This document shows positions 43,314 through 56,800 of a stretch of 64,000 nt of DNA, one piece after another. Position 1 is the stretch's first letter; every line of letters begins with the position of its first letter. The position numbers and the translations under genes were made by a program. The notes under the pieces were generated by a model. That model searched no databases. It saw only the letters and a program-made list of their open reading frames with translations, and was not told the origin of the DNA. The DNA is taken from positions 3,361,801 to 3,425,800 of the forward strand of contig OZ316891.1 of the NCBI GenBank assembly GCA_973895155.1, read 5' to 3'. This DNA is from Marsupella aquatica (Eukaryota > Plantae > Marchantiophyta).

Positions 43314-45395
43314 CTAAGAGAAGACAGAGTCCTTTGGACTCTCACACACCCCGTTTACTAGATCATCCCACCTACCACAAAGAAACGAAGCTGATTCAAT
43401 GTCGCTGCCAATGTAAGCACTATGGTTGCTCACCTCAAGATTCTTTCAAGGAAGGGTATCGAAGAGCATAATTGCAGGACAGCCTCTCCATGCTTCAACA
43501 GTCAGTCACGTCGATCGCTTAATTGGTAATCTACCGTTTCAATATTGAACCAAATATGAAGCTGACATCTCCTGTCCTCCGAATTCCTGCAGATCAATAT
43601 ACTGTCTTTCTAACGAACTCACGCCTTCACTTCTCATGCCTCCCGGCCTAATTTTTGGGGTCGACAGATTTTCCCTCCGTACGAATCTTGATCCACAGCT
43701 CAAGAGCAAAGTCTAGTCTTCTCATCCCGAGAGATTGAATTGATACCAAATGCAGACCAGCAAAACTAGTCCCCACAATCCCTCTCCCGGTGTGTACCCC
43801 ACATACTGATCACGTCGTGCACGGCCTCCAAATGTCGTTTGTCTCCCCTTCCTCTCGTCCTGGAAAGTGCGACACGGGAGACTCAAAATGTACCCTCCCG
43901 AGGTTCTGAATTGGAGGATCAATGCTCTGTATTTCCTCGGGTCTCATCTTCACCCTCAGGTGAAGGTGGTTGATGAGCCTCCAGTCATTTTTCTTTTCCA
44001 CGGGATCTCGCCGAGAATCGTGAGTCAATCTCCTATCACACCGCCGCTCACTTTCCCCAGACTTACCGTATACCTTTATGAGCTCCCTTCTGTCATCACA
44101 CGGCAGAATGTAATGACATTGAGTAGAGAACCCAGAGACCCCACATTGAAATCGTACCGCGGTCAAGACGTATGACCATCACTGCCACAGAATCCGAACT
44201 ACAACAGGTCAGAAGACGCTTTACCCGAATTGACCCCTTAAGCTATCTATTCCCCTTTTCGCGTGACCCGTATTGATCTATATTCCTCCCGCTACCATCT
44301 ACCTTCATTCATTCGTCCATGCATCGTCGTCTGGCTGGCTCTCCGCTCTCCACTCTCATCGATAATAGTATCTCCTCCCCTACCACTCTCTGATTATCAG
44401 CAAATCATCCCCACCATCCCCTTCCAACCTCCTCCGGCCGTCTCTCTCTCCCTGTGCTGCTGCCCTCTCTCTACTTCCTTCCCCTCCATCTCATCATTTC
44501 CAACAACACACATCATCATTGCACCCTCCAATAATTCTTCCTCAATCATTTTTACCCCCACTTTCACTCCGCATCAATTCCTCCCTCCGTTTCTCGTCCC
44601 GTCGTAACTTTCTCCATCCCCGAATTGCCTCTGCAACTCACTCTTACTCCTCATCAATTCCTCCGTGCCTCTCTCCTGTCCTGTCGTAACTTTCTCTATT
44701 CCCCCAATCGACTCTCCAAAGAATCGGCAGCAGCTGTGGTAGCATAGTACAATCGTATCATTCTGTTCACCTCCTTCTCTCTGGCTGACAGATAAGCAGG
44801 AAGGGCAGGCCAGCTAGAAATCACAGAGCTTAATTGATTGGAGCCCACAGTACTACAGTAGAGCACAGTAGAGCTCAGCTCTACCCCTTTACTTACTCAC
44901 TACCTATTCTTTCTCTCTTTCTCCCCAGGCCATCAGACCTCCCCACTCATTAATTAACGGTCCTTCCATATCCGCCTGCGGGGCCCAGGGGCCCACTCAG
45001 CTGATTCGGAACTGTAGTACTGGACAGGACAGGAGTAGCATCAGGAATTCAGGACGGAGAGACTCAATCAGCTCACTTCCCGTACCTGCCCACTCACAGT
45101 CATGACGAGTCAAGGGAGTTTGTTGTTGCTCTCTGTCCCTTCGCAACGACTAGTCGTCTCCATCGAGCTACCACTGCACCACCAGTCCACTGTGTTAGCT
45201 ACACAGTCGAGCTACCTCCCCACTCCACTACACTACACACTCCAATACACAGTGCTCTCCCTCGAGCTACCACTACACTAGGGTGCCTCGAATACGGCAA
45301 ACAATCTTTCATGTGTGACCGCGCCTACGCCAGGGCAACAGGAGGACTGGTCAGGCACCAAATGTGAGGAGGGACCATTCATACTCGGGAATTGT

Positions 45396-45513
45396 GACCG
45401 ATATGGAGGGCCAACTGCTATGGGGAAGAGGTCCCAATTTCAGAGTAGTGATCGACCGATATGGAGGGCCAACCGCTATGGGGAAGAGGTCCCAATTTCA
45501 GAGTAGTCATCGA
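45396..45513. repeat. Tandem duplication, 2 x 58 bp
   Basis: gaccgatatggagggccaa(c/t)...tttcagagtagt(g/c)atc starts at 45396 and 45454. Confidence 0.92.
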
Positions 45514-47199
45514 CTCAGGTTGCCATTCACACACAATGTAGCCATCCCCCCTCAAATTCGACTGCCAGAGAAGATCACGCCCGGTTGTACCCTCCTCCAT
45601 TTCCCTCCTCCATAGCAAAAAGTCAAAAAAGCTCTCAGGTCAGTAGTGGTTGGAAAATAGAAAGTACCGACCCAGCATATGTACCTTGTTGGTACCTATT
45701 GTAGAAGGAAGTATATCCATGGGGTATCCCCTTTCTGTGAATCCCAGGATGTCAAAAACACTGAAACACATCTAACATATTGTTGGCTAGTTCCTCCCTT
45801 TTCAGTTTTGTAATGGGAAGATGAGGAGATTTTGGCTTATCATAGTGGTTGATATTTATAACAGTTCAACAATCACAGTCTTGTTTGTCCATAATATACT
45901 GCACCAGTGAGATCTTGATACCCAGGATTGAAGAATATATTAAAAACTCAATTTACCAGGCAGGTGAACAAACATGTATATGTGGTCACAATAGACACAG
46001 CAATATAAATTATGGTATAGAATATGTTCTGGGCCATGAATGCAGACAATACCTTTTGCTGTCATTTTCAGGTCCTCATCATTTCAAGTGAACTTTGTTA
46101 AGCCAACAACACCCCTACCAAATCTAAGTGATCACATAGCAACAATACCACTTTGACAATGAAATGTACATTCAATATGGTTTCATATATAGCATGTTCA
46201 TCCTTGAACATCTTTCATTTTTTGTCATGTTTCATTTTTTTGTCTTGTAATGATGTGTACATGACTAAATTGCATAGTATTTGATAGGATTGAGTGGGAT
46301 AAAATACAACACATGCCAAATAAAAATACATGTTACATAATGACCAAGAAAAGTACTGATTTGTAAATGACTACTGCATAGTATTTTATAGGATTGAGTG
46401 TGAAAAATATAACACATCCCAAATAAAAGTACATGTTCCATAATGACCAGGAAATGTACAAGGGCATAAGTCTTGATAAATAGTGCACATAAGGTACATA
46501 TTCTCACTTGCTTTAATGACACTCAAATCAATCAAAATTCTGCAAATAAGGTACAAAATATACTCCCTTGTCTTAGGTAATGGCAATAAAAATCATAAGC
46601 TTAGCAAATAAATGGTTGATGAGGACTTAAAGCAGGAGGGATCCACACCCCCAAAGTATCGATTCTCTCTGTCATTCACTAGACTTGGCCCACAAAATCT
46701 GTTAAAGGGGGTGAATACACTAGATTGAAAACTAAACGTAGTAGTACGGAATGAGAGTCCTAGCATAGGAAGATAAAACAACACTTAGAGGGGTGCCAAA
46801 GTAATCTAAAGTCTAAATTATGCAAGTGGTGCACCTTGTTAGGCGCATTAAAGTAAACATATGTGACAACAATCTTAGAAAGACAAAACATTGAAAAGCG
46901 GACTGGCCACAGCAGTGTCAAAATACCACTTTGACTATAAAATTAAAATGTATAACATGGTTTCAGATATAATCAAACTCAAATTTATACAATAAAGTTT
47001 GATGCCATTTTGGGGCACCCATTTAGTGAACTCTGTCCAGCCAACAATTTTGGAGATATTTTGTCTTGTAGTGATTTGTAAATGACTATGCATAGTGTTT
47101 GATAGGATTGGGTGGAAGAAATACAGCACATGCCAAAGAAAGTACATAATGACCAGGAAAAGTACAAGTGCACAAAGTCTTGAAGAGCTGTGCACATAA

Positions 47200-47517
47200 A
47201 CCAACTGGCTTTGGTCAGTTGGCCAGAGGATGAGCCTAGAACCGAGAGGTCCCAGGTTCAATCCTCCCTCCACACATAAGGGGTGTGGAGGGTATGTGTG
47301 TGTGGGTGGGGTGTAGTGGTGGGAGTATTGATTATCTCCTCAGCCCTGGTTGCCCACTTTGGGTTCTGGTTTAATCCTCTCTCCCTCCTGGTCTGGGTCC
47401 CTGTCGGATCCTTGGGTATTGTCCCCTTGTGGCTACCTTACATAGAACTGCATGCTCCAAAGCAGGACGTCTATCCTCTGTTGGATGGGCCTGCTTTCGG
47501 TTTTCAAGGCAAAAAAA
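47200..47517 (+). mobile_element. tRNA-derived SINE (~318 bp)
   Basis: Pol III A box TGGTCAGTTGG (47212-47222) and B box GGTTCAATCC (47255-47264). Short poly(A) tail. 17-bp TSD AAGAGCTGTGCACATAA at 47183-47199 and 47518-47534. Confidence 0.9.
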
Positions 47518-47619
47518 AAGAGCTGTGCACATAAGATAGAGATTCTCACTTGCCTTGATGACACTCCAATCAATCAAAAATTGTGCACATAATTTACAAA
47601 AGATCCTCCCTTGCCAACT

Positions 47620-47857
47620 TCTACAACTATAATAAGGGATCCCATTTTTTCCTCCTTCGTCCCAATACAAAAAAGTTCATTAGGCGGGAAAGATCCTTGA
47701 TCAGCCGTTGGATTTGATTAGCTAATTTTCCTGACCATTGATGAAAAAAATGTGTACCCCTGGCACATATTTGCTTCCCGCTGCCCCATAGATGCCCCGC
47801 CTGACTCCCTATAGGCCGGCCCTCCTTGCACAGTGCAACACACTGGCATATGGCTCG
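47620..47857 (+). mobile_element. Mini-Helitron (~240 bp)
   Basis: Absent from paralogous copy 1. Starts TCTAC and ends with hairpin cagtgcaacacactg plus gcatatggCTCG|T (a degenerate CTAG), similar to the termini at 34071 and 57643. Confidence 0.6.
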
Positions 47858-49313
47858 TAATGACAATAAAAACCGTAAGCTTAGATAATTAAAGTACGAG
47901 GAGGACTTAAAGCAGAAGGTGTCCACAACTTCAAATTATCAATTCTCTCTTGCATTCACTAGAATTGGCAGAAAGTCCATGAAATTTGTTGAAGGGGGTG
48001 GATGCACTATATTGAAAACTAAATGTAATGGGAAAGGAGAGCTTGAGGATAGCAAGATAAAAAAAAATTAGTGGGGTGAAAAAATAATTTAACATCTAAA
48101 TGATACAATTGATGCACCTTGTGAAAGCAAGATAAAAAGCATTTTAAGGGGAGTGACGGTGAAAAATAATTTAAAATCTAGATCATACCTGTCTTGTGAT
48201 GGCACATTGAAATAAAAATATATTCAACAAATTTAGTAAGAAAATATACTGACACTGATAGAGGTGGATTGGCCATTATAGCAGTGTCAAAATTTGGAGA
48301 TTCTCTCCATTCTACAGTAGATTTAAGTTCAACAGTTCTCAAAATCAATGGGACATTGCAGGACTTCACCATGCCTATGATTCCCCTATGTGAAGAACTT
48401 TGAGAAACACAAACTGTTAGATGCAAACCAGCACAATGCATGTGCAGTGAACAACTATCAAGGGTGAGGGCGAGGCACGGTTTGCAAGGCCACCAAATGC
48501 GGCATGGATGGCACAAATGGCAAGGCAAGGCACGAATGGCAAGGCAAGGGTGAGGCACGAATGGCAAGATACATGGAGGGCCTTGGAAAGGCATGAGGCC
48601 CGCATTGAGGGTGCCCAGGGAGAGGACAGGGCAGAGGGAGCTTGGGGGAGAGCACACAGGATTTGGTCAATCAAAGAGTGACAGGAAGTAGTATTTTAGC
48701 AAACACCCAAGATTTCTTCCAATCCAAATGTGTAAATAGGTGATCAACCAGAAAAGGCAGGCTTGTATATTACAATGTGTACTAGATAGATATCCTATAG
48801 TTGATTTTTGTAATTGATACATGATCCTACAACTTGATACATGATCCTACAACTTCCCTCTGAATGTCCAAATCATAATGTGATGTGTGAAATCACCCTT
48901 TTTGAGGCAAGTTTTCAACTGCTTAACATAATTATCCAAATTAGTTCCCGGACCCCCTACTGATGTACACCCTACTGATGTACATGCTTTAATGTTTGCA
49001 TGGAAGCCAACACAAGTTCTCTGTTTTTGTTACTTTTTAAAATTTTAAATATACATACACTGCAAAGTGAGTGCTTAAGATAAATGCTCAATAGACAGTG
49101 GTTGTTTGCACCCTATTCTAATGATCTAATGAGCGATTCCCCAGGGTTATCAACATTTGATCTCATCTATTGAATGATCCAAGAAATCTAGCCAATGACA
49201 TGCCCTTCTCTTGATACCATTGTGCATTGTTGTCCATTTTCTTCTTTGTGAGTCAATGCATCAATCAACTGGATCTAACGGCTAGAGTTACTTCTTGTTG
49301 TTTTTAAGTAAAC

Positions 49314-49647
49314 CTGGGGGGGTGAGGGTCGCTTCCATGGGAGTGGCACATCATGTACGACAAAGTATAGGCTCATTTAAATGGGTGTGACAGCTTGGGG
49401 GGGGGGGTCACTATATGAAGGGTCATACATCACGTGCGACGGTTTGGGTCATTTATGACCCCCCTAAGTCACTTTCTATATAGTTGTACGACACCAATCA
49501 TGTGATGACGTACACATAATTGTATTTTGCAATTAAAGCAACCCTATGTTTCCATTGAAGACTTAATAAGTCTTTCGCCAAAACCATTTAAATGGTCCTA
49601 TACTTTGTCGCATGTGATATGCCACTTCCATGGAAGTGACCCCCCTA
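49314..49647. mobile_element. MITE with ~60-bp TIRs
   Basis: gggtcgcttccatgggagtggcacatcatgtacgacaaagtataggctcatttaaatgg (49326-49384) is the imperfect reverse complement of 49584-49643. Confidence 0.75.
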
Positions 49648-50849
49648 GTGTGGCGAAAAACTTCCAAAGTTTTGTGGAAGAACAAACAGGGCATGTTCTA
49701 TTGATTGGTTGGCTTGAAGGAACAAATAGGCCTATGCAATTGTAAAAAACATTTTCTTAAAATTCTTTAAGGGTTTTTAAGTGAAAATGGCAACATTGAA
49801 AGAAAACAGGGTGTTGCAATTTGTTTCACCTATAAGTAAAGGGGGTCAAACCCTAAAACATTGCACGCTATCCCACATGCAATGTATGGCCCTCTATATA
49901 GTGATCCCACAAAGAAGTAAACACATAGAGTAGTTTTTTTTTCAAGATTTATATTTTATTTGAGACAACCATTTGGTCATATAGAAACTGAAGACCCCTG
50001 TCTGCTACACAAAAGGTGCACATCAACAAGCAACAGCAGGATGCATCAAAGGTACAACACTCAATGATATAAACGAACAGTTTGGGATTTATCATGGTAT
50101 GGAAAATCCATCAGCTTGTGGGATTTATGGTGGTATGGAAAATCCATTCAGCTTGTGGGCACTTGCCACTTATCACACTACATGATCCTGTTTTTTTTTA
50201 TGTCCAAATAGCACCAGGCCTTGGGTACCCATGGAGTGGCCAAAGCAATAAACATGGTAAGTGTTGGCAGGGTGGTCAGCCTACTTAGAGGTGATCCACG
50301 TTGTTTTCCCTGGCTTCATTCTGCTCACTTTGGGAATTAGTTTTGCTGGGTTAGGTTTGGAATTAGTTTTGCTGGGTTAGGTAGTAGTGCTGGCATCTGA
50401 TGGCTGTTTTAAATCTCTGCCAGGTGAAAACTTCCCTCTCTTTTTCCTGTCCAAGTGTTTTCCCCTTTTGGCTGTTCCTCTTTAGCTTTATTTGGGCAGC
50501 TGCCCTTCTTCTCCAAAAGATTTTTCTATTTAACGGGAAAGTAATCTCAATTTAATTCAGATGAGTGACAACTTGTCATCGTTTCCACTCATCAAACACT
50601 TTGTGTCACTTAACTGTAATTTTATGTGGTACAAGGTTGCTTGTTAAAGCCTTTTCATTCAATTTGTGAAGTACTTGTTCCCACCATGCAAATGTAGGCT
50701 AAAGAGATGACTGAAATCATTTGAAAAATCATTCAAGCTCACCACACCTGAGAATATTGAATGTGAAACCTCGAAGAGCTTTAGGGGAAAAACACTACAA
50801 TCATACGTATACAAGCAATCTCCATAAGATTGCACGAGGGGCGAGGTTT

Positions 50850-53800
50850 CAAGGCTTCAAGCTTTCACTTTACTGTCATTGGGAATACTGATCTCTGTGG
50901 TCCTCCTCTGTTGCCCTGCTCCTAGCTGGCTCAAGTGCTGCATGGTGAGATTTCCGTAAAAAGTGGATTTCCTTTCGAGCATTTGGCATACGAACAGCTA
51001 TGGGATTTGGTATAGTTCCAACCTTCTTACTGGCGTTGATGAAATTCTCAACAGAAAGGGCCAAGATTGAAAGAACGTGCTCAAGCGACGTGAGTGATAT
51101 GGAGTTTTCAGGTACCCGACGTTATATCGAGTCAAAATGGAAAGTGGGATCCTGGTTGTCGCCATATGGATCCGGGGTAGGAGGGAATCCCCTTCCAATT
51201 ACGAGAAGGTCGGTGGCTCATACGGCATTGATTTCATTGGTTCCTTAGTAAGAAAGTAGTTGTTCCTAACTCAGATGACATGCTCATACCTCACCGGACG
51301 TCCCTATACACATGAGAAGCAGATAATTCGTAAACAGAAATCATTTTTGCGTCACAATCTATTTTGGAACAAGCTTTTGCAAACTTGTGATCTGGATCGG
51401 GGGCCACTTTTACCTCTGAGCTGCATTTTGTTGGTCTCTTAGAAAGAGCTATCGACAGTGAACGCAAAGGTTTACATTACACGTCTATGGCTCTTGACTG
51501 AGGTAATGGGACTAGTTTTTGCATTACAATTGTCGATTACAATTGAGGTTGAGGTTGAGTTTATTTGTCAGTGATGCGATGTTCCTTTCCCGTGGCCAGT
51601 TTCAACAATTGCAATCAAATTATAACGGAAGGGAAAGAGAGTGCATTAAATCTTTGTGCATTTCCTTCCCAAAGATCCTTAGAGTTGTGTATTCCATCCC
51701 GTCAAAGAGCAATTGAAATGGAATAGCAGAATTTGGGAGAAAAGATTTTATGGCGGAGTGGAGTGAAAGGGTGCCTCTTCGTGGCTCACTTAGTCTATTT
51801 TCTTTCTTCCTCTGACTTTGCCTTTCCTCTATAGCCACTGGCACTCACCTATATAATGATCTCTGTTATCTCCTAAACTATCCTTGTTCCGTTCCTCCAC
51901 TTGCCTCTCCTCTCTCGTCTTCTTGACAGACACCTCACAACTCCTTCCACCACTAGCAAATTTGATGTGTGGGAGCTGTAATGCTTACTGAAAGTTGAAA
52001 AAACCAATTATAAAGATACCTACAAGCTTTGCCCGAAACCATTTGTCAACTTTGAAGGGACCTTAATTGTAAACTACATCACATGATAGTCATGTAGAGA
52101 ATCCGTAATATTGTTGATAACTTTGTTATGTCCAACCAAAACGTCAAATTTATTCACGAGAGTCTTGAGGTTGGAGTTCTACAGAGTGGCGAAATGATAG
52201 TTCTATACTACAGTCACGAGTTGAGAATCTCCATAAGTCGTGAAATGAGAATTTATCGCGAGACGTGCGGTGAGAACTTGTCAGGATTCGAAGTTTAATT
52301 AAGGCGGAAAATTCAGAGAAACAAGCATCAGTCTGTACGATTTGCTCAGGGATCATCCCTCCGGAAGACATTCCTATGCGATGCAATTTTGGTTGGTTTA
52401 ATGCTACTTAGGGGTGTTTGCTGTAAACCAATTCTATATATCGGCCTTTAGAACCTGTTCATTGTATCATAACTCCAATCCTGCCGTATGCCTCCATGGA
52501 ATCCTTCAGATTCTCGTGAAAGCCCTGCATACAGCGGTCGAGCTAGCCTCCCCATACATGACCAGCGGGAAATACTTCTTCCCTAGCTGTCGATTGAACT
52601 CGTGTGAGGGTGAAGACTTGATTGCTTCCGATTGAACTGAGAGTCACTACTTGTACTCAAGCTGAAAAGTGACTTCTAGCTCAATCGGAACAACAGGTAG
52701 TCCTCGAGACCATGAGATGGAATCGTCTAATGCGCCAGTGATCGATATGACCCATGACTGTACCGCGCCATTAATCTCACACTTTTCGAACTTTAAATCA
52801 ATGGCATCGATCTAATAGGTGTTCCTTGTTTGCACGGGCAGCAAATGAACGTCCGCAGATTCCCATAAGAAAAGTAAACTCCATGCTGGCCTCATGGCCG
52901 GCTACACCTAAGCATCTGGAATTAGAGGATTCTCATATATAGTGAGTCCTTGCTCCATCTCCCGTACTTGTCATGCGAGAGGAGTGAATTGAAATTGATG
53001 CGAACGTCTCTCGCGAAAGGTATGAAGTTCAAACGCCGAATGGCCTCCCGAGTGCTTTCGACAAGCTTTTAAGCGTAGTAGCCAAAGAGTTCCTTAGAGC
53101 GTAAAGGACATGTTCTTCGTGTCTCGCGCAGATTTGAAAATGTGGAGCTGGTACCCAGTTTGAAGCCCTGGCAAGATTGGAAAGATGTCTTATAGAGTGT
53201 TGTTGAATTGTACATGTGCGGGAGTAACCTGTAAGTTCGATCAAAGCGAGCTGCGTTTGGAGATCGATCTTAAGGTGTAGACGGGCGTAAAGGAGCTCAA
53301 GAGCTAGAGAGATGCCAGGAGAGTTAATTAGAATAGCAGGGCTATGGCTGACCCAATCCAGCGTCCGGCCGAGGAACAAACTAAGGCGCAGGCCCAGGAC
53401 AGGTGCTGGGGCTACTCAGAGGAATCATATCGTCAGAGACTAAGTTTGGAGCTCCCCGCCCTTCTGGCTGCGGCAAGCCCAGGAGGTTGAGCGATCTTCC
53501 GTGGATCTTGAGGGTTCCAAATTCGACATTCTTGGATAGGTGTCTAACCACCGCTGATAAAGTGGTTGCGAATATTGTGGACGATGTTTCTCCACACACC
53601 ACAGCATTTTAGCCCGAGCTTCCGATATGTTCACTTTGGAGCTGATCTTTCGGGCATGGGTTCGGGTCTCAGAGAAGAATTCAAACTCTCTCGATCGATG
53701 TGGATGATCTCGTACGAGTTATACTCGATGTTTTCATTCGTACCTTCGAATTGTTTCCTTAACTAAAGTTATAATTGGCCAATATCATGAAGAATGTATC

Positions 53801-56800
53801 AAGGGATCTATTAACCTTCATTTGTCGTCTACGATCGACAGCAAAGCAGCGCCAATGAGCGATAGTCCTCTGAGTACTGATGCTGCAACGGAAAATGGGC
53901 CAACTAGAAATGGTGCATCCGTAGAATTTGTCAACCGGAAATTGGCCAACTAGCACTGGTGCATCCGGAGAAGTGTCAACACAGACTTTCGGATGACGAC
54001 ATGGGAGGGCCAAGTAATCGCTCAACAAGAAATTGGCTCACTAGGTCTGACTCCTCTTCGGGTGACTATGGTGCAACCAGAACTTGGCAAACAATCTGTG
54101 AGTCGTCTTCGGATGACAGTGGTGCAACCAGAACCTGCCGAACGACGAAACCAAAAAGGAACTATAGGCCACACACCCGGCGCCAACGACACTTACGGTG
54201 ATTGACGTCTGAGGTTCAGAATTATTAGATGTTGAGAATCTTGGTCATCAATTACGTATGAAATGTGTACGAAACTTATATATGAGCTATGGTGTAGTCT
54301 ACATGAATTCAGCTGGCCAGTTTTTCAAGATCGGATGAAGAGCCGACCTGTCCATATGTCATTAATGTAAGAAGTCGATGTAGGAAATGAACGGCAAATC
54401 GATTCGACAGAGGCAGAATTGTAGCCAAAGCTTGTCTAGTACTATCACTACTAACTGTAGTGTAGCCTGGAATGAGTTGGTGGATGAACCTTCAGTTGTT
54501 GTTTGCTCGTCAAAAGCCCTGGCTCTGGAACCAGGCGTGCTGATGCCTTGGACTTGTTTCGCAGTATCATCAGTGTAGATAAGATTGAAGTTGTTGATGA
54601 ATGAACTCAAGGCACTTGGCGGTATTTGATCTCCAAGCACCCAATTAATCTGCCAATTGAAGAGCCCATGAATAGAATCTGTCCGCATTTGATTTCAATT
54701 TTTTACTCACTATTGGTATCCCGCTTTACTTGGTTCTAGCGAACAGATCTCCAAATGTAGGAGCCCCTGTAAGACCTTTGATCGCTTTCATAGCCTGTCG
54801 TGCATTCCTTGGGAAATAAAAAAATTCTAGGTCGAAGATAAATGGGTTCTTTCACAACCGAATCGCCTAACTAATTTAACCAGAATCTTTCAAAGAATTG
54901 TAGTCCAATTGCAGCTTGTGTCATTCAGAGCTCGTACGTTACTCTGGACTCTGGACAGTCTTCAGCTCTTCATCTGAGGCAGGTCTCACTTCCTTACTGC
55001 ATTCATTATTCCGGTATTGTATATATACCCAGATCACAAAGTGATCACTTGCTCTGGAACTTCATTGAGGACTCGATCATCTGTATTGGCTGTGTGGGCT
55101 TCCATTTCGAGATGCAGGAAAGTTCTTCCCCTTTCGGCGTTTCAGAGATCACTAAAGATTGAGCCACAGCTTCCCTTGCCTTTCTGCTAACAAAGTCAGT
55201 GGATGTCTTGAGTAGAATTTGCAATGCCTTAGAACCAGTGTTAGAATCATGAACAATGAAGTCTATATATTTCTTAGTGCATCATGGATGTATCGACAAA
55301 TACACTCGGTGCTAAGAAGAACAGTAGCCATGAGTAAATCCCTTGACAAAAGAAAACCTCCCAAAACGCACATCAAAGGTTAGCACGAAGTCATGAGCGA
55401 ATCCACTGACACACGAAAACCTTCCAAAAGTCACAGAAAAAATTATTGTATGTTTCATTCCCTCATTGTCTAATTCATGCAAGCTTTCTACTGATAGAGA
55501 ATATAGACTATCAGTGCAACTAAAGAATCTATATAACTAAGGTCATCTCCAAGCGTGATCTGTAGTCCCCCACAAGGCTACAATAAATTTGTATTGGATA
55601 GACAACACAACAGGATGACAGGTCACTTGCACGATGCAAAAACCAGTTAAATAATTTTCAAGCCAAACCGGGTGGTGCACTGAAATTGTACTAGTCATGA
55701 AAGGTAGGAGTAAGAGGACGTCTTCTAGGTCTGGGTCGTGAATCAAAAGTTGCCACCTTATTACAATTTTCCATCACAAGATTTTCTCATTTTCCTAGAT
55801 CACAACACCCTTGACCATCTTTCCAGAAAATCTTCTAAATCTGTCAGACACATTTTGTTTCCCACATGGTTCCTTCTAAGTTGTAACTCTCCACTTAGAT
55901 GCGTAGGACGCTTTCCAGATCATTAATTATGCCCGTACAAACAAGTGGATTGGAACACAATCATATCTACTTGGTTCAGTTGAACGGACGAGAAGGACCT
56001 CCTGTCGTTCATAGACTATATGAGGATTGTGATGGACGTGTATGACTGGAATGTTCTGACGAGTAATTGAACTTAATATCAAGTTTTGATTCTCTGTTCA
56101 TGTACCCTCGAGGCAGCCCGCTGCAATGTCATTAGGATGTGATATTAGCAATCGACTGGTTTCCCAGGACAGTACAGATACACTCAGAGATAGAGCAGTG
56201 GGGCTCCATAAATGGATGTCGCTGACACTATATGTGGGATGAAGTCTTATTCAAGTTTATAGAAATTCCATTGATAGTCTGTCCAGTACTAATTTCTTAA
56301 GTTAATAGCAGTCCTTAGTCCGTCACAATCCATCCCCCACGTTACTACAGAACAATAATCCTTTCCAGTCAAATCAGGTACTAGGTATTAAAAATAATAA
56401 TTAGAAGGACCAATGCAACCCGTTGGCCGTGGATGGTGATGACTCTTGCTTTGGCCTGAGCATTAGAGAGTGGGACCTAAAGTCCCCTGACTCCCCATTA
56501 TTTGAACCCGAATTAAGTCCTTAAGAACGAGTGAGTTTTTTTTAATCTCTTTCAGCCTCTCAGACGATGCCACGCAAGCCTTTGTGTGGATTAATATATC
56601 TCATAACAGTTTTCACAAATCTTCATACAGTCACCATGCGGTTCGCCCTTCACACACCCACAGGTTTGTTTAAGCCTAGTAAGTACAGCTAGTGGAAGCA
56701 TTGGAAGCACAATCATATACATATCATTCCTGTCGTTGAGGAGGGTAGAGGCCCTAACTCCACTATTGTTTCGATTTTCTGTTTGATTCCAAATTAGGTA

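Larger units (their letters stand above)
46144..48293. repeat. Old tandem duplication of a ~780-bp AT-rich unit; copy 2 is enlarged by insertions
   Basis: Both copies start aataccactttgac (46144, 46922). They share ...attctcacttgc...aatcaatcaaaa and gaggacttaaagcag...cattcactaga blocks, and both end agcagtgtcaaaat (~46924, ~48293). Confidence 0.8.

Noticed and set aside
47200-47275. tRNA gene
   Set aside because: It has A/B boxes but no proper acceptor stem or cloverleaf. It is followed by a body, poly(A) and TSD, so it is a SINE head.
48430-48660. GGCA-rich tract and overlapping Cys/Pro-rich ORFs
   Set aside because: Low-complexity repeat with no ends or domain identified.
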